A stretch of DNA of 58,697 nt, counting the filler, from Sphacelaria rigidula (taxonomy: Eukaryota): the NCBI GenBank assembly GCA_964200075.2. It is 10 parts of 10 records of this genome, joined end to end, with 100 filler letters (N's around TTAATTAATTAA, not from the genome) between each part and the next. Parts side by side here need not be neighbours in the genome. Positions count along the whole stretch, not along the records: positions 35,281 to 41,060 come from CAXNAA020024524.1; positions 41,161 to 46,939 come from CAXNAA020024525.1; positions 47,040 to 52,818 come from CAXNAA020024526.1; 7 more parts are not named here. One strand, 5' to 3'. Below, piece after piece: positions 36,826 through 50,131 of this stretch. Every line of letters begins with the position of its first letter. Positions within the stretch are counted from its first letter, which is position 1. Made by a program: the position numbers and the translations under genes. The notes below the pieces were generated by a model. It had not been told where the DNA came from. It searched no databases and saw nothing but the letters and a program-made list of their open reading frames with translations.

Positions 36826-38015
36826 CAGCACACGGCACAAAACATGAACACGTACGATGTACTGTAAGTCTGTAGTCTGTTGTACACGGTGTACAGCACG
36901 CAGCACAGCAGCAGATCTTATTTTCCATTTTTTTCGTGTGTTTTGGTTTTGTACTTTCTCCGGCTACGTAATTCTTCTTGCCTACTGTAGTTATTTTCCC
37001 ATTTTTTACCCCTTTGTGTGTCTCCTCGTTTTCACCTTGTCTCTTAAGTTCTTTCCATCCCACGACCTCGCCTGGATTCGCAGCGGCATCGGCCCATGCT
37101 AGACAACCAATCTAACAACCATTTATCAATTTAATGTCAGTTTTTCGTTTGCCCTTCTCCTTGGACACGAGTTCCTCGACATGGGACAGGCGACGAGTGA
37201 ACACATCATGTGATCTCGTGACTTGTCATTTTGAGTGCGGTGACGAAATGCCTAGAACACACTCATTTTTCCAGAAAGTGAATATTTGAATCAGCAGGTT
37301 GCCTGCCATATCTCATATCCATACGGCAGTTGGGGGGCGGCATATAGCACAATATGTCGTACGGAGAGTACGCGATGATGAATAATAATGCACCGTGTAC
37401 GAAAACAGGAAAATACTGTTTACAATCGTACTTATGCAGGTAGGTAGTACTTCGTATATATAAAACATGCATATACAGTAGTATGCCCTTTTTCGTGTAG
37501 ATGTTTTGTTTGCCTTCCTCCGCGGGCTGCTTTATGGGTATGGGCGGTATGCACCTTGCACTCTGTGACCACGGGTTCGAGAGATGGAGCTAATGTGATG
37601 GATATAACAATAGTATTAATGAATAGTGATCGGTGGGTCTGTATCCGGCCGAAAATGGCATCCCTGTAGATTATTACGAGCATTAATCGAATTCCACTTG
37701 ACGAGCATCATTTTTGGTGAAATTACTAGCATGAAAAAATGACATTACTAGCATAATAAGTATCAGAGAAGCCTACCCCAACCTTCCTTTTGTGTTCTTC
37801 ACCTCACTTTTTTTTCATCGCTGGAAAGGTTCAAGAAATGTCGAGCGGCCCCCTTCCCTCGTCGACGGTAGGATGAAAAAGTACTTGGAGACATGCGATT
37901 CGGACACTCAAGTTGTGTCTGCGCCCGAGACTTTCCTACATGTTTGAGAGCCCGATTAGCCAATCTAACCGTGCGCTACACGCGTTTTCACCGGAATCGC
38001 TTCCTCTCGATTTTC

Positions 38016-38450
38016 CACGCCCTGGACAAAATATTATATTGTCAAAAAATGTACTGCGTATAGTATAGAATATATTGTCAACGGCATTAGGCGCAATAGT
38101 CGATACTGTACGCAGTGCACTTTTTTGCTGTGTATTATTTTGTCCAGGGCATCCGATTTTCTCGTGTGGTGTGTGAGCTCGCGCTTGTCCTGGACCGAAA
38201 GAAGAAGCTAAGCTTGTCGTGGTAGATCGCATTGCTGCAACTTGGACTCGTTTGTTATCATGTGACAGAGAAGGATGTCGAGTCCACAACACCGCCGACG
38301 TTGCCGGCAGCAACACAAGAAGTTCCACACCCTGGACAACCGATTACATTGCCAGAAAGTGAACTGCGTACAGTATAAGCTAACGCGTCTATCGCAATAG
38401 ACAATACATCCCATACTGTACACGGTGCATTTTTTTATGATATAATCCAA
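38016..38450. mobile_element. Two MITE family E copies (~38016-38150 and ~38326-38450)
   Basis: CCTGGACAAAATA...TATTTTGTCCAGGG and CACACCCTGGACAA..., with the same internal palindrome as 3438-3584. Confidence 0.65.
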
Positions 38451-38819
38451 ATACTGGAAGGTTTACCAAATGGTAATGGTGGCAGGTAACGTTACTTGAT
38501 AAAATAAACACCGATATTCGAATCTGTAGAGGGGCCGATAACCCCTGGTGCTTCTGTCATGGCTTGCCCAGAACATGATTTTGGTTCGAGTGGGGGGCGC
38601 CGAGTAGAGGTCTGCCAGCATGCACTTTGCCTAGGGTACCTACCCTCTGTACCCCCCGTTCCCGAGTGTTCCCTGACGCCTTAGTTGGGGCTTGTGTCGG
38701 GGTTACGGTTAGGTTCGGCGGCACCCTCTGTATAGCACCAATCAACGTCCCGACGTATGGCACCAAACCGAAAAGGTCTACTGAGGGGTATTTGCCTCCG
38801 AACCATGAGGACCGTCCAC

Positions 38820-39078
38820 CTGGGTCATGTATCATTTATTCAAGTGAAATCGATGCCGATTCAACAGATGAATTACTCTCGTTGACTAAGGGTTAACCCT
38901 TTGTTCGCGACGGTAAGTCACCCGCTGAACCGGGATCAATATGCACGTGACCAGAAGTATGCGTGATCCAGATGGACTACCCGCACCGCGGCGCGAGGGT
39001 TAACCCTTAGACGGCGACAGTAGGTCATCCGTCGAATCGGCATCAATTTCACTTGGAAAGGATATGCACGATCCAGAT
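38820..39078. mobile_element. MITE / foldback element with long (about 65-85 bp) TIRs
   Basis: CAAGTGAAATCGATGCCGATTCAACAGATGA...TAAGGGTTAACCCT mirrors AGGGTTAACCCTTAG...TCATCCGTCGAATCGGCATCAATTTCACTTG. The internal motif GATCCAGATGGACTACCC recurs inverted at ~48785-48812. Confidence 0.8.
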
Positions 39079-40678
39079 AAACTACCCTCGCAGCCTATGA
39101 GGGTTGAGGGCCCCTTCTAGCGGTACAAGAAGACTGAGGGTGCGCCGTGTGAGTGATTCTGGCGGTATCGGTAGTTTCGTCTCGCTTTGCCCTTCGGGTT
39201 GGTGAAGAGCCGATGGCAACCGATTGGAACGACAAGAGTAGAAGAAAAAAAATCCCCGAAACCGCCACAATCCAGAATCATTCTCACATTGCGTTCTCAC
39301 TTTTCTTGTCTCGTTAAACACGGCCTAATGACGAGTGTAGCTCCCAAGTCTTTTTTGCGGTGGAGAGCACGTACGCCCCGAGACTTGCCGAGATTCGGAG
39401 TATGGTCCTCAGGTGGTGAATCATGCAGGAGATCTTTCGTAAGGCGCATGCCTCATGCTATGCAAGTAGCCAGTCCACTCTCTCCCTTCAGCTTGCCGAC
39501 ACGAGACGGAGCAGGAAGGTCCCGAAGATTTTTCGCCAAGAACAAAAAGTACCTCGTTTTTTCTTCATGTATTTGCTTCGCTCAAATATTTGGTGATTCG
39601 CGGGGAAGCATGATGCATCATTCGATCAGTCAAATTCATCGTAAGGGTAACTTGACTCCTCTCTCGTCGAGATTTGTTGCCTGCCCCCCAGAAATTTCTT
39701 CTCAAGCGCGTGATTGTTGTGGGAAGCGTTCTGAAGATTTTAAAACCCGCAACTCCGCCCTGGAAGAACCCCTCGACCCACGGAAATCCTCCATAGTGTA
39801 GGTATAGGAGTCTGCCAGCAGGCCGCTCTAGGCGCTGTGAGGAATTGGCGTGTTCTGAATTTCGACCAAAAGGATTATACGGCAGGACTGAGACAATTGG
39901 TTGCCCACCTATTCACGCAAAAGCAGACCCACGAAAACCACATCGAAGTCGCTTTGCGTTATCCATCGTGCAACGCCGCAAGCCTCCGCTTGGGCAGCGA
40001 TGGTTTTTATGAGGGGAGCAGCGGCTCGTTCGGTGCACGTTGCTTGTGTGTGCGTGACCTTGCTCTCGTCCTGCTCGGTTTCTTGCTGTAGAGGGTGGAG
40101 GGAAGAGTGTCTGCATACTCTCTGCACAAGAACTAAGCGTCACTCAACCACACCAGCGTGCTCTCCTTGCAGCACGTATGCCGCCACCGAATACCCCACG
40201 CGGTTCACCGGTTCAGCAATAGTTGTGTGTGTACGGGCGAGAAACCAGAATATCATATGATAAATTGCTGTTCCCAGTCAAAGCCTGACGGTGCAGATGC
40301 CGAACTGTACGCCAAAAGTGACTCAATTCCTTCTGTAATGGAATATATGCGAGCAGGTACGAAAGTCGGAACGCGAAAGAGAGTTGTAGGTCACTGTCTC
40401 TTCAGCCCGAGGTTGGATGAAGTCAAGATTATCACTTGTGGCGAGAAGCTCACGAGTCCCGCCCTGCAACTACATGCACCGTTTCTGGTTCATTTTTTGA
40501 GCTACTTTCTAAGATGGAGTAGGCACTTTCCGGAAACCTATTTGTCGTCAACTTTTACCGATTTGAGCTGTTGTCGGTGACCGAAATGTCGAGAATTGAC
40601 TTTTCTGAAATATCTTGCCCCCCCCCCCACTACCCCATCCTCTCTCACCCTCTGACTTGACTGGCGCCAACCCTCCAG

Positions 40679-40804
40679 GACGACTGCGGTGAATGGGTGA
40701 CTGACCTTTGTCCGTTCGGCGCAGAAGGCTGCCCCGACAATGAGGGAGACTATGACGTCGTCATGCCCGAGCCCTTGATGGGCAGCTCAAGCTCCGGCTA
40801 CAAG
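40679..40804 (+). CDS. Exon of a Cys/acidic extracellular repeat protein
   Basis: ccctccag|DDCGEWVTDLCPFGAEGCPDNEGDYDVVMPEPLMGSSSSGYK|gtaacg; 126 bp, phase 0. Resembles repeats recalled from brown algal secreted proteins. Confidence 0.7.
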
Positions 40805-40854
40805 GTAACGCGTCGAGAACTCTTTCCCCTCATACCCCCTGGCAAAATTCACAT

Positions 40855-40972
40855 CCTAGATAATGAGTACGCTTCGGGCCGAGCAATCTTGGTTGGGTGC
40901 AAAACTCACTGGTCATGCTGCTCGCCGAACACATCCCGACACTTCGATCTTGGCGACTGCGAGTCTGGTCCC
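40855..40972 (+). mobile_element. Diverged internal fragment of family B, followed by a TIR-like end of the 2250-2494 MITE family
   Basis: GATAATGAGTACGCTTCGGGCCGAGCAATC...CTCGCCGAACAC...GCGAGTCTGGTCC, then CACTTTCGACGATAGCCTCCCCC. Confidence 0.6.
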
Positions 40973-41220
40973 CGACCACTTTCGACGATAGCCTCCCCCC
41001 CCCCCCCCCCCCCCCCCGCCCCCCCCCCCCCCCACCCCCCCAAACAAAAAGGAAAAACAANNNNNNNNNNNNNNNNNNNNNNNNNNNNNNNNNNNNNNNN
41101 NNNNTTAATTAATTAANNNNNNNNNNNNNNNNNNNNNNNNNNNNNNNNNNNNNNNNNNNNCCCCCCCGCCCCGGGTTTGCTGCTCGCCGGGGCGGGGGGG
41201 GGGGGGGGGGGGGGGGGGGG

Positions 41221-41333
41221 GTATACTCATGATCATGCCTGCCATAGTCATCTGATCGTTGACCTCGCATCCCTATAAAGCCGGGACGGAGCACGCCGGG
41301 TTTCACCGGACCAGGCTCGCACTCAGTCACCAA
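41221..41333 (-). mobile_element. 5'-truncated family B copy with G-runs on both sides
   Basis: TACTCATGATCATGCCTGCCATAGTC...GACCTCGCATCCCTATAAAGCCGGGACGGAGCACGCCGGG...CACCAAG. Confidence 0.8.
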
Positions 41334-41533
41334 GGGGGAGGGGGGGGGGCGGGGGTTCACAGCTTTCAGTTGGCACGAGCCTTTCTTCAGAGTTGATATT
41401 TTCGCTTTTTCCCGTTTTCCCCCGAGTGACTCGCGCGATATTGACCTGAAACGTTTGACTCATCTTCAGAAGGGGAATGCCGACGTCGAGATTTTGAACA
41501 CATGGTTGATCGGAGGTGTCCATCCGAACTTAC

Positions 41534-41724
41534 CCAGTATTGACCATTCCACCACCAGGATGGGCCATCTGTTTATTCGGCATCCCTTTCAATTGAAAAA
41601 TGAGTGTGATACCCACACCGCCCACCCGGGCGGCCAAAGAGTTGAGGCCGATCGGGTGTGGAGGCAATCGCTTCCCGTTGCTCCTTGTTTTGTCGTTGTT
41701 AGAAACGATTGGAGAATCATCGTC
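41534..41724 (-). CDS. Possible exon, unknown protein
   Basis: ctttag|DDDSPIVSNNDKTRSNGKRLPPHPIGLNSLAARVGGVGITLIFQLKGMPNKQMAHPGGGMVNT|gtaagt (strong donor). Confidence 0.35.
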
Positions 41725-43534
41725 CTAAAGATTACAGAAGGATGCTCTATAGAAGTATGAACAGACAATGTTCCTATTTGTCTGATTACCCTCGTTCTCA
41801 GGAAATCAACCTTTACATCGCGTTTTGGAGTATGACAAGTTCATGCAAGCTGTTCCGAACCGATGTTTCTTTCTGGTTTTCCCATTTTGCCCGGCGATCA
41901 CCTGCAATTTTCCCTAGAAATTTGAACACGTGTCCGGAACGGTGATACGGAGATCGTCACTTCGACGTGTAGTTGATTGGCGGCTCGTTTTCAAGTTATT
42001 CGGCGTTAACCCGTTTGCAGGCGTAAAAAGAAATGACTATTCACAATTGACGTTTTTTGGGCAAGATACGGCTGTCTTCCTGCAAGTGTTGATGACGCAG
42101 CCCACCAAAACGGTGCACTACTTTAAGGTCAACTATACTAATGTGACAGATTCGTGCACTGAACTCGCAGTGTCGTTTTTTTGGTGACGAATGCTCGCAC
42201 ACGGGAGTTTGTACTGTTTTTCGCGAGTTCCAAAAGGGTTCAGTACTGTTCCGATAGAGCTTTATTCACCCGATTCCCGAATAAGGGGGTGTTATCGCAC
42301 ATATATTCGGTCGAGAAAAGAGTGGGGTGGAATTGACTCGAGAGAATTCGTTCGTCTGCACGAGTTAGATCCAAGCGAATTCGCAAGCTTTTGATGAAAA
42401 ATAACATGAAATTCGTCAAGCGGTACTTGTTCACTTGTACTCAATACAGGGTGCAGTATTGTCTGTACTGCGTGCCTAGTGTGTGTGCGTTTCACCCAGC
42501 AAGATGTGAGAAGAATCGGGCAACGTGCTGTGCAGACAGTACAGGACTGTTGTAGTCTGCATACAGTGCTATTTTTAAGATATTTGAACGACGCGTAGTT
42601 TTGTACTGCCTGTACTGTCCATGAGCGTGTACGCACGTCGGTCGCCCACCCTACCACGCAATTCCGTCCCCGACACCTACAAAAAAAAAAAAAGTTGACC
42701 CTAACTAAAATGAAAGTATCATGCCAAGAGGGTGATCGCGGCGGTTCCCAATCACTACGGTGTATTTATCGCTGTGCTTAACTCGTGCTCTACAGTATGC
42801 TGCAGAGTTGTGGTGGTAGCTGAGAGTCATTTTGTGGCGTGGTTCTGTGAGCAGGTGGTATGTCGCGTGGTGTTCTGCAAGATAGGAGTGAAGTTCACCT
42901 TCGTGCTCCGGGCGTGTCGTCGCACGTTATTTTTCGTTCGAGAAATTGCGATGGACAAGGAAAATTCCGATCTGATAGGTCGTCATTCCAACATAAATGA
43001 CGCGGACATGAATGACAACCTGTCAGCTCGGATGTCCTCTTTCCCGCGGCACGTTTCGGCCGAAATAAAAATGCCATACATAACAACACACGGCCTTATC
43101 GAGACCAAAAAAAGAAGCGGGAAAAGGAATACACGTTCAAAATCGGCACGTTGATAAATCACCGCAACCATATACCCGCCCTGCGATCAATCAACATGCT
43201 GTTCTTGGGCGCTTATTTCGTTTCACGCGTCCTTTCTTAATGTAGGTAAGACCCTGCCCAAGCTTTTGCATTTCTTTCACCGTCCCCGCGCCCTTATTAT
43301 CAAAAATAGTTCAAGCCAGCTGAGAACATGAACGCCGCGGAGCTATCCGATCGAAAAAAATCTCCACCGCACTTCTCCGTTGCGAAGAAAACGTGTTACT
43401 CCAATCCTGCGCCCCCCCCAAAAGCGACAGCTGTTTCGGAACAGACTCTGACCTCTTTTCACCTTGTCGCGCTCTGCTGCAATGTGCAACCCCAGATCAA
43501 GGCAGATGGGCTTGTTGACTGTGAGTATGGTTGA

Positions 43535-43710
43535 CCTGACATGCGGTTCCAGCGCGTTGCAACGTCGACAGCGTGCGTACGAACGCGGTGCACGAGGTCT
43601 GGGCTGCGAGAGAGCCGATTCGAGGGCATATTGCCTGCGATGTCGAGAATCGAAGTTATCGCTTTGCTTAATTTCCCTGCACGCCCGAACGTGCCGCCCA
43701 CTGATTCCGA
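43535..43710 (-). pseudogene. Possible hAT transposase remnant
   Basis: ...VRTHAVDVATRWNRM matches the hAT hallmark DVxTRWNS; surrounding sequence is degenerate. Confidence 0.45.
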
Positions 43711-44629
43711 TGCACGTGCTGTCTGTGTTGTGTCCGACTACAGGTAGTGCACCAAATTCTAAGGGTCGGCCGAATTGATGATTCGTCCGGAAATCGCTTG
43801 ATTTTAGTGTGATTGATTCGTACCATACGAATCACTCCTTGGGCTTTGTTTTCAGCGTTGCAACCCACGTGCGCGCATCCCAGGCACGTGAAATGGCGCA
43901 AAGATTGCGTTGAGACTTTGTTGCCCAGCGGTCAATGTTTCTTCTCTTTATCGAGCAACGAGGCCTGAAAAGTCGTGGATTGGGTTATTCGGTTATTCGG
44001 ACCGGCGATGATTCGTCCGAACCGTGCAAGTTTTACGGTGGTGACTTCACCCACGGTCGAGAAATTAGCGAAGTATATTTTCAAAAATACATTGGTTCTT
44101 ACGTGCGGGCCAAGTGCGGGCATTCCGAAGTTTAGTGTGGGCATGCTGATTCAGTTATTTTTTTTTGGCGCAGGAATATCTTGTCAGACATGCCCTACTT
44201 AGTTCAGGGACTAGAAAAAAATAATGAGAACATAATTCTGTTTGATGCGTCAGGATGTGTGTTTTAAGTTTTACTTGAAAATCTGAAAGTCAACCAGGGT
44301 GGAAGCTGTCGAGTTAGGCGGTAATTTCATGGGTCACGGTCAAAGTATGTAAGGCATACACTTATTACAAGTAATTTAATTCATTTTTTTGACCCGTCAC
44401 TCTACATTATGAGTAGTTTGCGTCTGAACTATTCATTTCGTAATTTCTTTGTAATTGGCGATTCTCTTAGGCTCTTTCCCTTGCCATCGCACATCACCAT
44501 GGGCCATCTGAAGACACCCGTATCCGCTCCACATTCCAAGAAGACGAAAATCATCGGTACTCAATATTGAGCGACTTACGGCCCCACCGGTCATCGGGAG
44601 TCCCGCCACTTTTCAGCCCAGATTCTGTC

Positions 44630-44910
44630 TTCGGTATTTTCGATCAATCGAGCCTGTTCGGATGGTAATTGTGACGTAACGAAAAGGACTTTTTTTTTCA
44701 TGTTACCAACAGTACTCACTGCACTGGAGCCGAAAAACTGTGTTTCACGAGCAATTATACCTGTACGATAAACGGGGTATCTACTCGTATCGTCCGGCAG
44801 TAAGTAACACGAACTTGGGCACTGTGTTTTGCGAACGATCTGTTTATTTCACCAAAATCTATCGACGCTAGCACTTTCAAGTTCTATCGAAGAGTAGTAC
44901 TCGAGAAAAT
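44630..44910 (-). mobile_element. Family C fragment
   Basis: GATAAACGGGGTATC...CTATCGACGCTAGCACTTTCAAG...TAGTACTCGAGAAAA matches 51500-51600 and 51920-51960. Confidence 0.7.
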
Positions 44911-46882
44911 TCGTCACACAGCCCTGAAGACTTCGGATGCTGACGACCATACACAACGCATCATAACTGCAATGCAAAATTGATTTCTGTATGGACTCCG
45001 TCACACTTGTGTTTGCCGACCTGCTGCAGCCAGAAGCCGCGATACAGTACCATGCGGGGGAGATAGGGTATACAGGACAACAACGGCCTCATAAGCGGTG
45101 CTCCATCTTTCTGATGTGGGTCGGTGTACCCAACGTTTGCTATGAGCTTCGTCGTGCCTGTGGTACGATTGCGGTTGCCGGGGTTGGCGTCGCAGTCTCC
45201 GCTTGCGCTTATCTTGCTCTTGTATACTGCACGGCTTTGGATACGGGGCTTGAGACTTTACAATGGCGTCGTCGTCTTTGTGCGTTGTCTCATGCTACCC
45301 GGACGGCAAAACCTCGAGAAAGGACTATATCGGCATCGTGCTGCTGGCTCCCTATTGTTGATGGTCGTGCTTTTGTTGCGGATGGCTCGTGTTGATCGGT
45401 GCCGTACAGACGGTACCCACGCGATGACCACCCGCTGGCCAGGGTTGGCGCATCTTGCGGTAAAGATGTAGTCGGTACCGCAACATAGAGTTGTTGAGAT
45501 ATACAACGGCGAAGACGACCGAGCATTCTCCACACGGGACATCAGACAGCTAACGTTAGCATGTATCTCTCTCGCGTGTACGACCCCGTGTGCAGAGCCT
45601 GTAAGCTTGCGTCATGACTTGGAGCTTGTTAAAATATTATCCACTCCTGTCCTGCGTTGTAGCAAGCTAGCGAAGGATAATAAACCCAGGGCGGGCCTGA
45701 ACAAAAAAGACCCAAACAAATCAATCCCGTTGACCTTTCCGCGGCACAGAGGACGTTAAGTAGTGCACGTGAATCCACCAACACAAAAATCCCGACGTAA
45801 ATCCGCCCAACAATCATGGAAAACAACGAAAAAAAGCTGATTTCAGTTTAATTATTAAGTAACGACCCGTCACGACGAACTGCATGCCTCGGGCGATGGC
45901 GACTCGACTCTTCTCGAGCGCACTGGCCAACACTGTATTACCTGAACACCTCGGAACCCCATATCAGCCCGCTCAACGATGCAACAAGGAACAAGACAGG
46001 AGCGACAAATGGAGCACCGCGCCGAGAAGGGGTTCATCAATCCCGACAGGCATCCGACTGCAAAACTGTGGTTCAGCCCATCACTAGCACTGCACATATC
46101 ACCAAGTACTGTACGATACCTGTACCGTATAACATAAATCACCCCGCTTATGTGGGGACCGAACATAGTTCTGTCTCTTCGATCCATTGGAAGCAAAGTA
46201 TAGAAGAATTTGAATTTCTGTGTTCTGTGCTACGCGGTATTGTGCATACACCACCTTACACACAGTACAGGACAGCGCGTGCAGTATGATACAGGAACAC
46301 AAAACGAGCATGTTACGCTTCGTCATGTCTTTTCTGGAACTGGGAATGTGCACATGCATATGTCGTGCGGTGCCCAATGCTTTGAGATGCAAGACAACGA
46401 GTTGATTCGTCAAAAAAAATCCTCACATCATGCGCGAACGCAATTCATCCCCGTCCAATCGCCTGCATAGCTAGCTACCTGTCTTTCCTGTGCTGCCTGC
46501 ACGTTTATAGCCGTCCGTGTCCGCAATCTGAATGACGAGATAGGAGAGCATATGATGGGAATGTTCGTCCTATTTGCGGGTCATGAGGTTGCGATTTTTG
46601 ATGGCCATGAACGCCTCGAGAACCAATCCACTACAAACCCATATTCAAATTTCGTTCACTCGTGTCACAACAACATCTAAACAACTTGGCACGACAGAAG
46701 AACACAACTCGGAACCACAGACAGGCTATGAATAGCCTTGCTCGGGAAACTAAACGGCTGGAAGAATCACTCTGAGCACACCGACACGTGTGCTGCATGT
46801 ACTGTGCTGTGCTTTCGTGTGCTGTGCCGTGCCGTCTGCAGACTGTAGTGTGTTCTGCCGAGCTGTTCCGAAAAATTAAGCG

Positions 46883-46885
<3 letters not shown>

Positions 46886-46939
<54 letters not shown>
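46886..46939. repeat. (TG)n microsatellite at a contig end
   Basis: Directly visible. Confidence 0.95.
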
Positions 46940-47651
46940 NNNNNNNNNNNNNNNNNNNNNNNNNNNNNNNNNNNNNNNNNNNNTTAATTAATTAANNNNN
47001 NNNNNNNNNNNNNNNNNNNNNNNNNNNNNNNNNNNNNNNCAAATGGCTCAAAACACCCCCCCCCTATCGTAGGATGACTCGTTGAATCAAGATCGCCCCG
47101 GTAAAAGTCAACGCCTCGGTCGTGCACTATTTGCAAGTTGGCTTTTGAGTGCCGCCATCATCCTATGGGCCCTGGATTGATGTCCTAATTTGCTTTCGTC
47201 TGTTCGAAGAGGAGGGGGTTGCATTACCTCTCGGTCCAGACCCCCCGTCTCGGTCCAGACCCCCTCACCTCACCTTTTCTGACCTTGAAAAGAATATTCA
47301 TGGACAGAAAACCACCACCACAAAATGACTATGAATCCCGCTGCAATCAGTTACAGTACATGGACAACTGGGGAGGTGAAATGACCTTTGCCTGCACCCT
47401 TCTCAAGGGTGCGGCGCGGTCTTCAGGTAACTCCAGAATCTTCCGCCTCACTGGTGTTTTTTCAAATCACGTCAGGTCGTTATTTCTGACTCGCGGTTGA
47501 CTCGAAGTAGGCTCTCGGAAACAGGGTACATCTTTGCTTCGAGACCAAGAAACTACTTTCAACACGTGAATCAACTTCATTCCGACAAGTCTTGGTTCGT
47601 CTGTCAGCCTTACTACTTAAATTCAGAGTATTTCCCCCCACCCCAAATCTA

Positions 47652-47717
47652 TCTCGAAAGGGATGCATGGTCATTGGTCAAACGACTAAGGCAAGCAACA
47701 ATTGAGTACGCCCCCCC
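47652..47717 (+). mobile_element. LINE family A 3'-end fragment
   Basis: TCTCGAAAGGGATGCATGGTCATTGGTCAAACGACTAAGGCAAGCAACAATTGAGTACGCCCCCCC, with C-rich sequence on both sides. Confidence 0.8.
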
Positions 47718-48240
47718 GCCAAAGCTGGGCTTCGGTGTTGTGCCTGGGCTGAAAGATGCGTTACCCCTTGCCTTCGTAGTCTTTTCTGCCATCGGCTGGT
47801 TGTCGAGAGTTTCCTGTTGAGTCACTGTCGTTTCCATGGTGGCATTGAGTGAATAGTGTAGTCTGTCCTGATTTAAGATGAGGTGTTCGATTTGATTTGC
47901 CTTTGGCTGTGAAGATAGCCAAATTTATGTTGCACGTACATACCACCATAAATAACCTGATTCCGTCGACACCTCCGTGACAGCCGGCACATGGACCGGT
48001 TCAAATCGTAAGTGAACAGTCCATCGGGGTATATATTGGTGTTAGTCTTCCATCTCACCCACTTACCCCCGAAATCACCCCTATCCGCAGAAATGACTAG
48101 TCCCGTATCATCACCCGCGTGAGTAGGCGTTTTGAATACGACCGAAGTCGCCGTTTTTCGCGTACTTTTGTGCGGGTCCACCTAGAGTCCAGCGCTCAAA
48201 GGGTTGAATGTAAATGTGTTTGATGCTTATATTTGTTCAG

Positions 48241-49628
48241 GAACCCAGCTGTGTACGCGGCGGCGCTGGAGCTGTTGTGGTCGCTCATGCGCGAACCCAG
48301 CGTGGTGCGGCACAAGGCTTACGAATCAGTCAAGAAATTTTTCGCTGATTTGTTGAAGGCGTCGGCGAGAGGAACAGGGGCTGGGGGGGAGGCATGCCGA
48401 CACCAAAACAAGTTCTTGGGACAGTAAGTGCCTGTTTTATTTTTTGTTTTTGTTTTTTTCCGTCTTCTTCTTGTATTTTTTTCGTAAAGAAGACAACTTT
48501 CATGCTCGCTGTGGTATAGATTTTTGTTCTGTTTGATTTTATTGGCTGGCGGAGGGGAGGGGGGAGGGGGAAGGGGGAAGACGCGAGAACTCACGATGAG
48601 TTTGCGTTGCTGGAGAGTTTTCTCGATTCCAAGGGCAAAAATATTTGCGGTGGACACGTGATTGTGTAAAGGTTTTTCTGATCGAAGCTGTGGCTTGTTC
48701 AGGCGATCCCGTCAAGTCTGTTTCACGGTAGTCATGTTACTGCAGATATAAAGCCTTATAAAGCCTTATAAAGCCTTAGACCGCAAGGGTAGTCCATCTG
48801 GATCATGCATACTTGCTTAAAGCGAAATTGATGCCAATTCAACATATGACCTGCCTACCCTCGCTGTCCGCGGGTTCAGCCTCTGGCTGTAGCGTACTCA
48901 TTTCCGGTGAGGAAGTCCATTGCGTGTCAATGCGTTTCATTTGTCTTGATTCCACTGTGAGTACTCCTGCGGGTAAGATCCCAAAACCTGGGCTCACAAG
49001 AAGTTGCTGAGGGGGGGGGGGCGTACTCTGTTTCGTTGGCAAAAGTGGCCTCCTCCTATGCTACTGTGTCCCCCCTGCCCCCATTTTGTTTCTTCGTGTT
49101 TTCTTATTGTTGTTGTACGATAAAAACCCCCTCCGATATCTGCACAGTACCTTCTGACGTCCATACTGGGCATCTGGTGGGGACACCTTTCGTGGTGATG
49201 GCTCATGACGTATAACACTCCCAAATAAATCCTGACATGCGGGACGCAGATAAATCAACAGAAATGAGACTCAATAGAAGACGAAACGATGATAACTCCA
49301 GACAATCAGGTGCCATAGGTGCACCATTCGTACGCTCGTTAAAAAAACAGAAAAGTTCTACACAGAACTCCCGGAGGTTCTACACCACCAGTATGCGGTG
49401 ATCGCCGATAGGAACCCGCGTAGTGAGATCCCAACCAATCGATCAATTGATGTGACGTGCAGTAATCACCCAACCGGATCGAAACCTGACTTTTCTCACA
49501 GATGCATCGACTTCTTGGTCGAGAAGGCTAACTGCACACCGCCGTCGGGGTTGCTCAGTGAGGCGGAGGAAGCCGCTGTTTCTCGATCGCTGGAGCTCGT
49601 GCGGTTCTTGTTGGAAGCCTTCGACGAG
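48241..49628 (+). CDS. Two exons (48241-48423, 49502-49628) of an alpha-helical repeat protein, possibly a USP24/USP34-like deubiquitinase N-terminal region
   Basis: NPAVYAAALELLWSLMREPSVVRHKAYESVKKFFADLLK...NKFLG|QCIDFLVEK...VSRSLELVRFLLEAFDE; phase-2 junction with gtaagt donor. Exons are well supported; the family call is tentative. Confidence 0.7.
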
Positions 49629-50131
49629 GTGTGTTTTCAAGATCCTATCATTCTCAACACACGGCAGCCATTATGCAGTTCTACGTGGAGTTCTAACATC
49701 TAACGTGGGATCGTGAAAGAGGGCAGCAAGATTTTTTGGTGCAATTTACATGAAGGGTTATACCCTCATATTTTCTTAACAAAGAAAGGGTAACGTATTT
49801 TTCGGTTTTGGGGCGTGGCGCGGCACGCGGGCTTGACACCTCGTGAAACATGTTCTAACGCCTCAGCCCCACCCACAAGGTGTCAGAGTGGCATGCCCGA
49901 CCATTTTTTTGTTTTTTCACAAGTGTATTATTAGTATTAGGCTTGGCTACCACGCGGAAAAGGAGAGCCTGTGTGAGTACCCTTTTTTGTTGATGTGTGT
50001 ACTCTCTAATGGTCCAGTACGTACCCTTCGTTGTGAAGTGGGGACCGTACCGCCGGCTTCGCAGAAAAAACGCCGAACAGTAATAGTACCCATTTTGTTG
50101 TGAAATTGATCCCCGCCAAGAAGACTGAAAC

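Noticed and set aside
48748..48779. (ATAAAGCCTT)x3 tandem repeat
   Set aside because: A simple slippage repeat in an intron, with no further structure.
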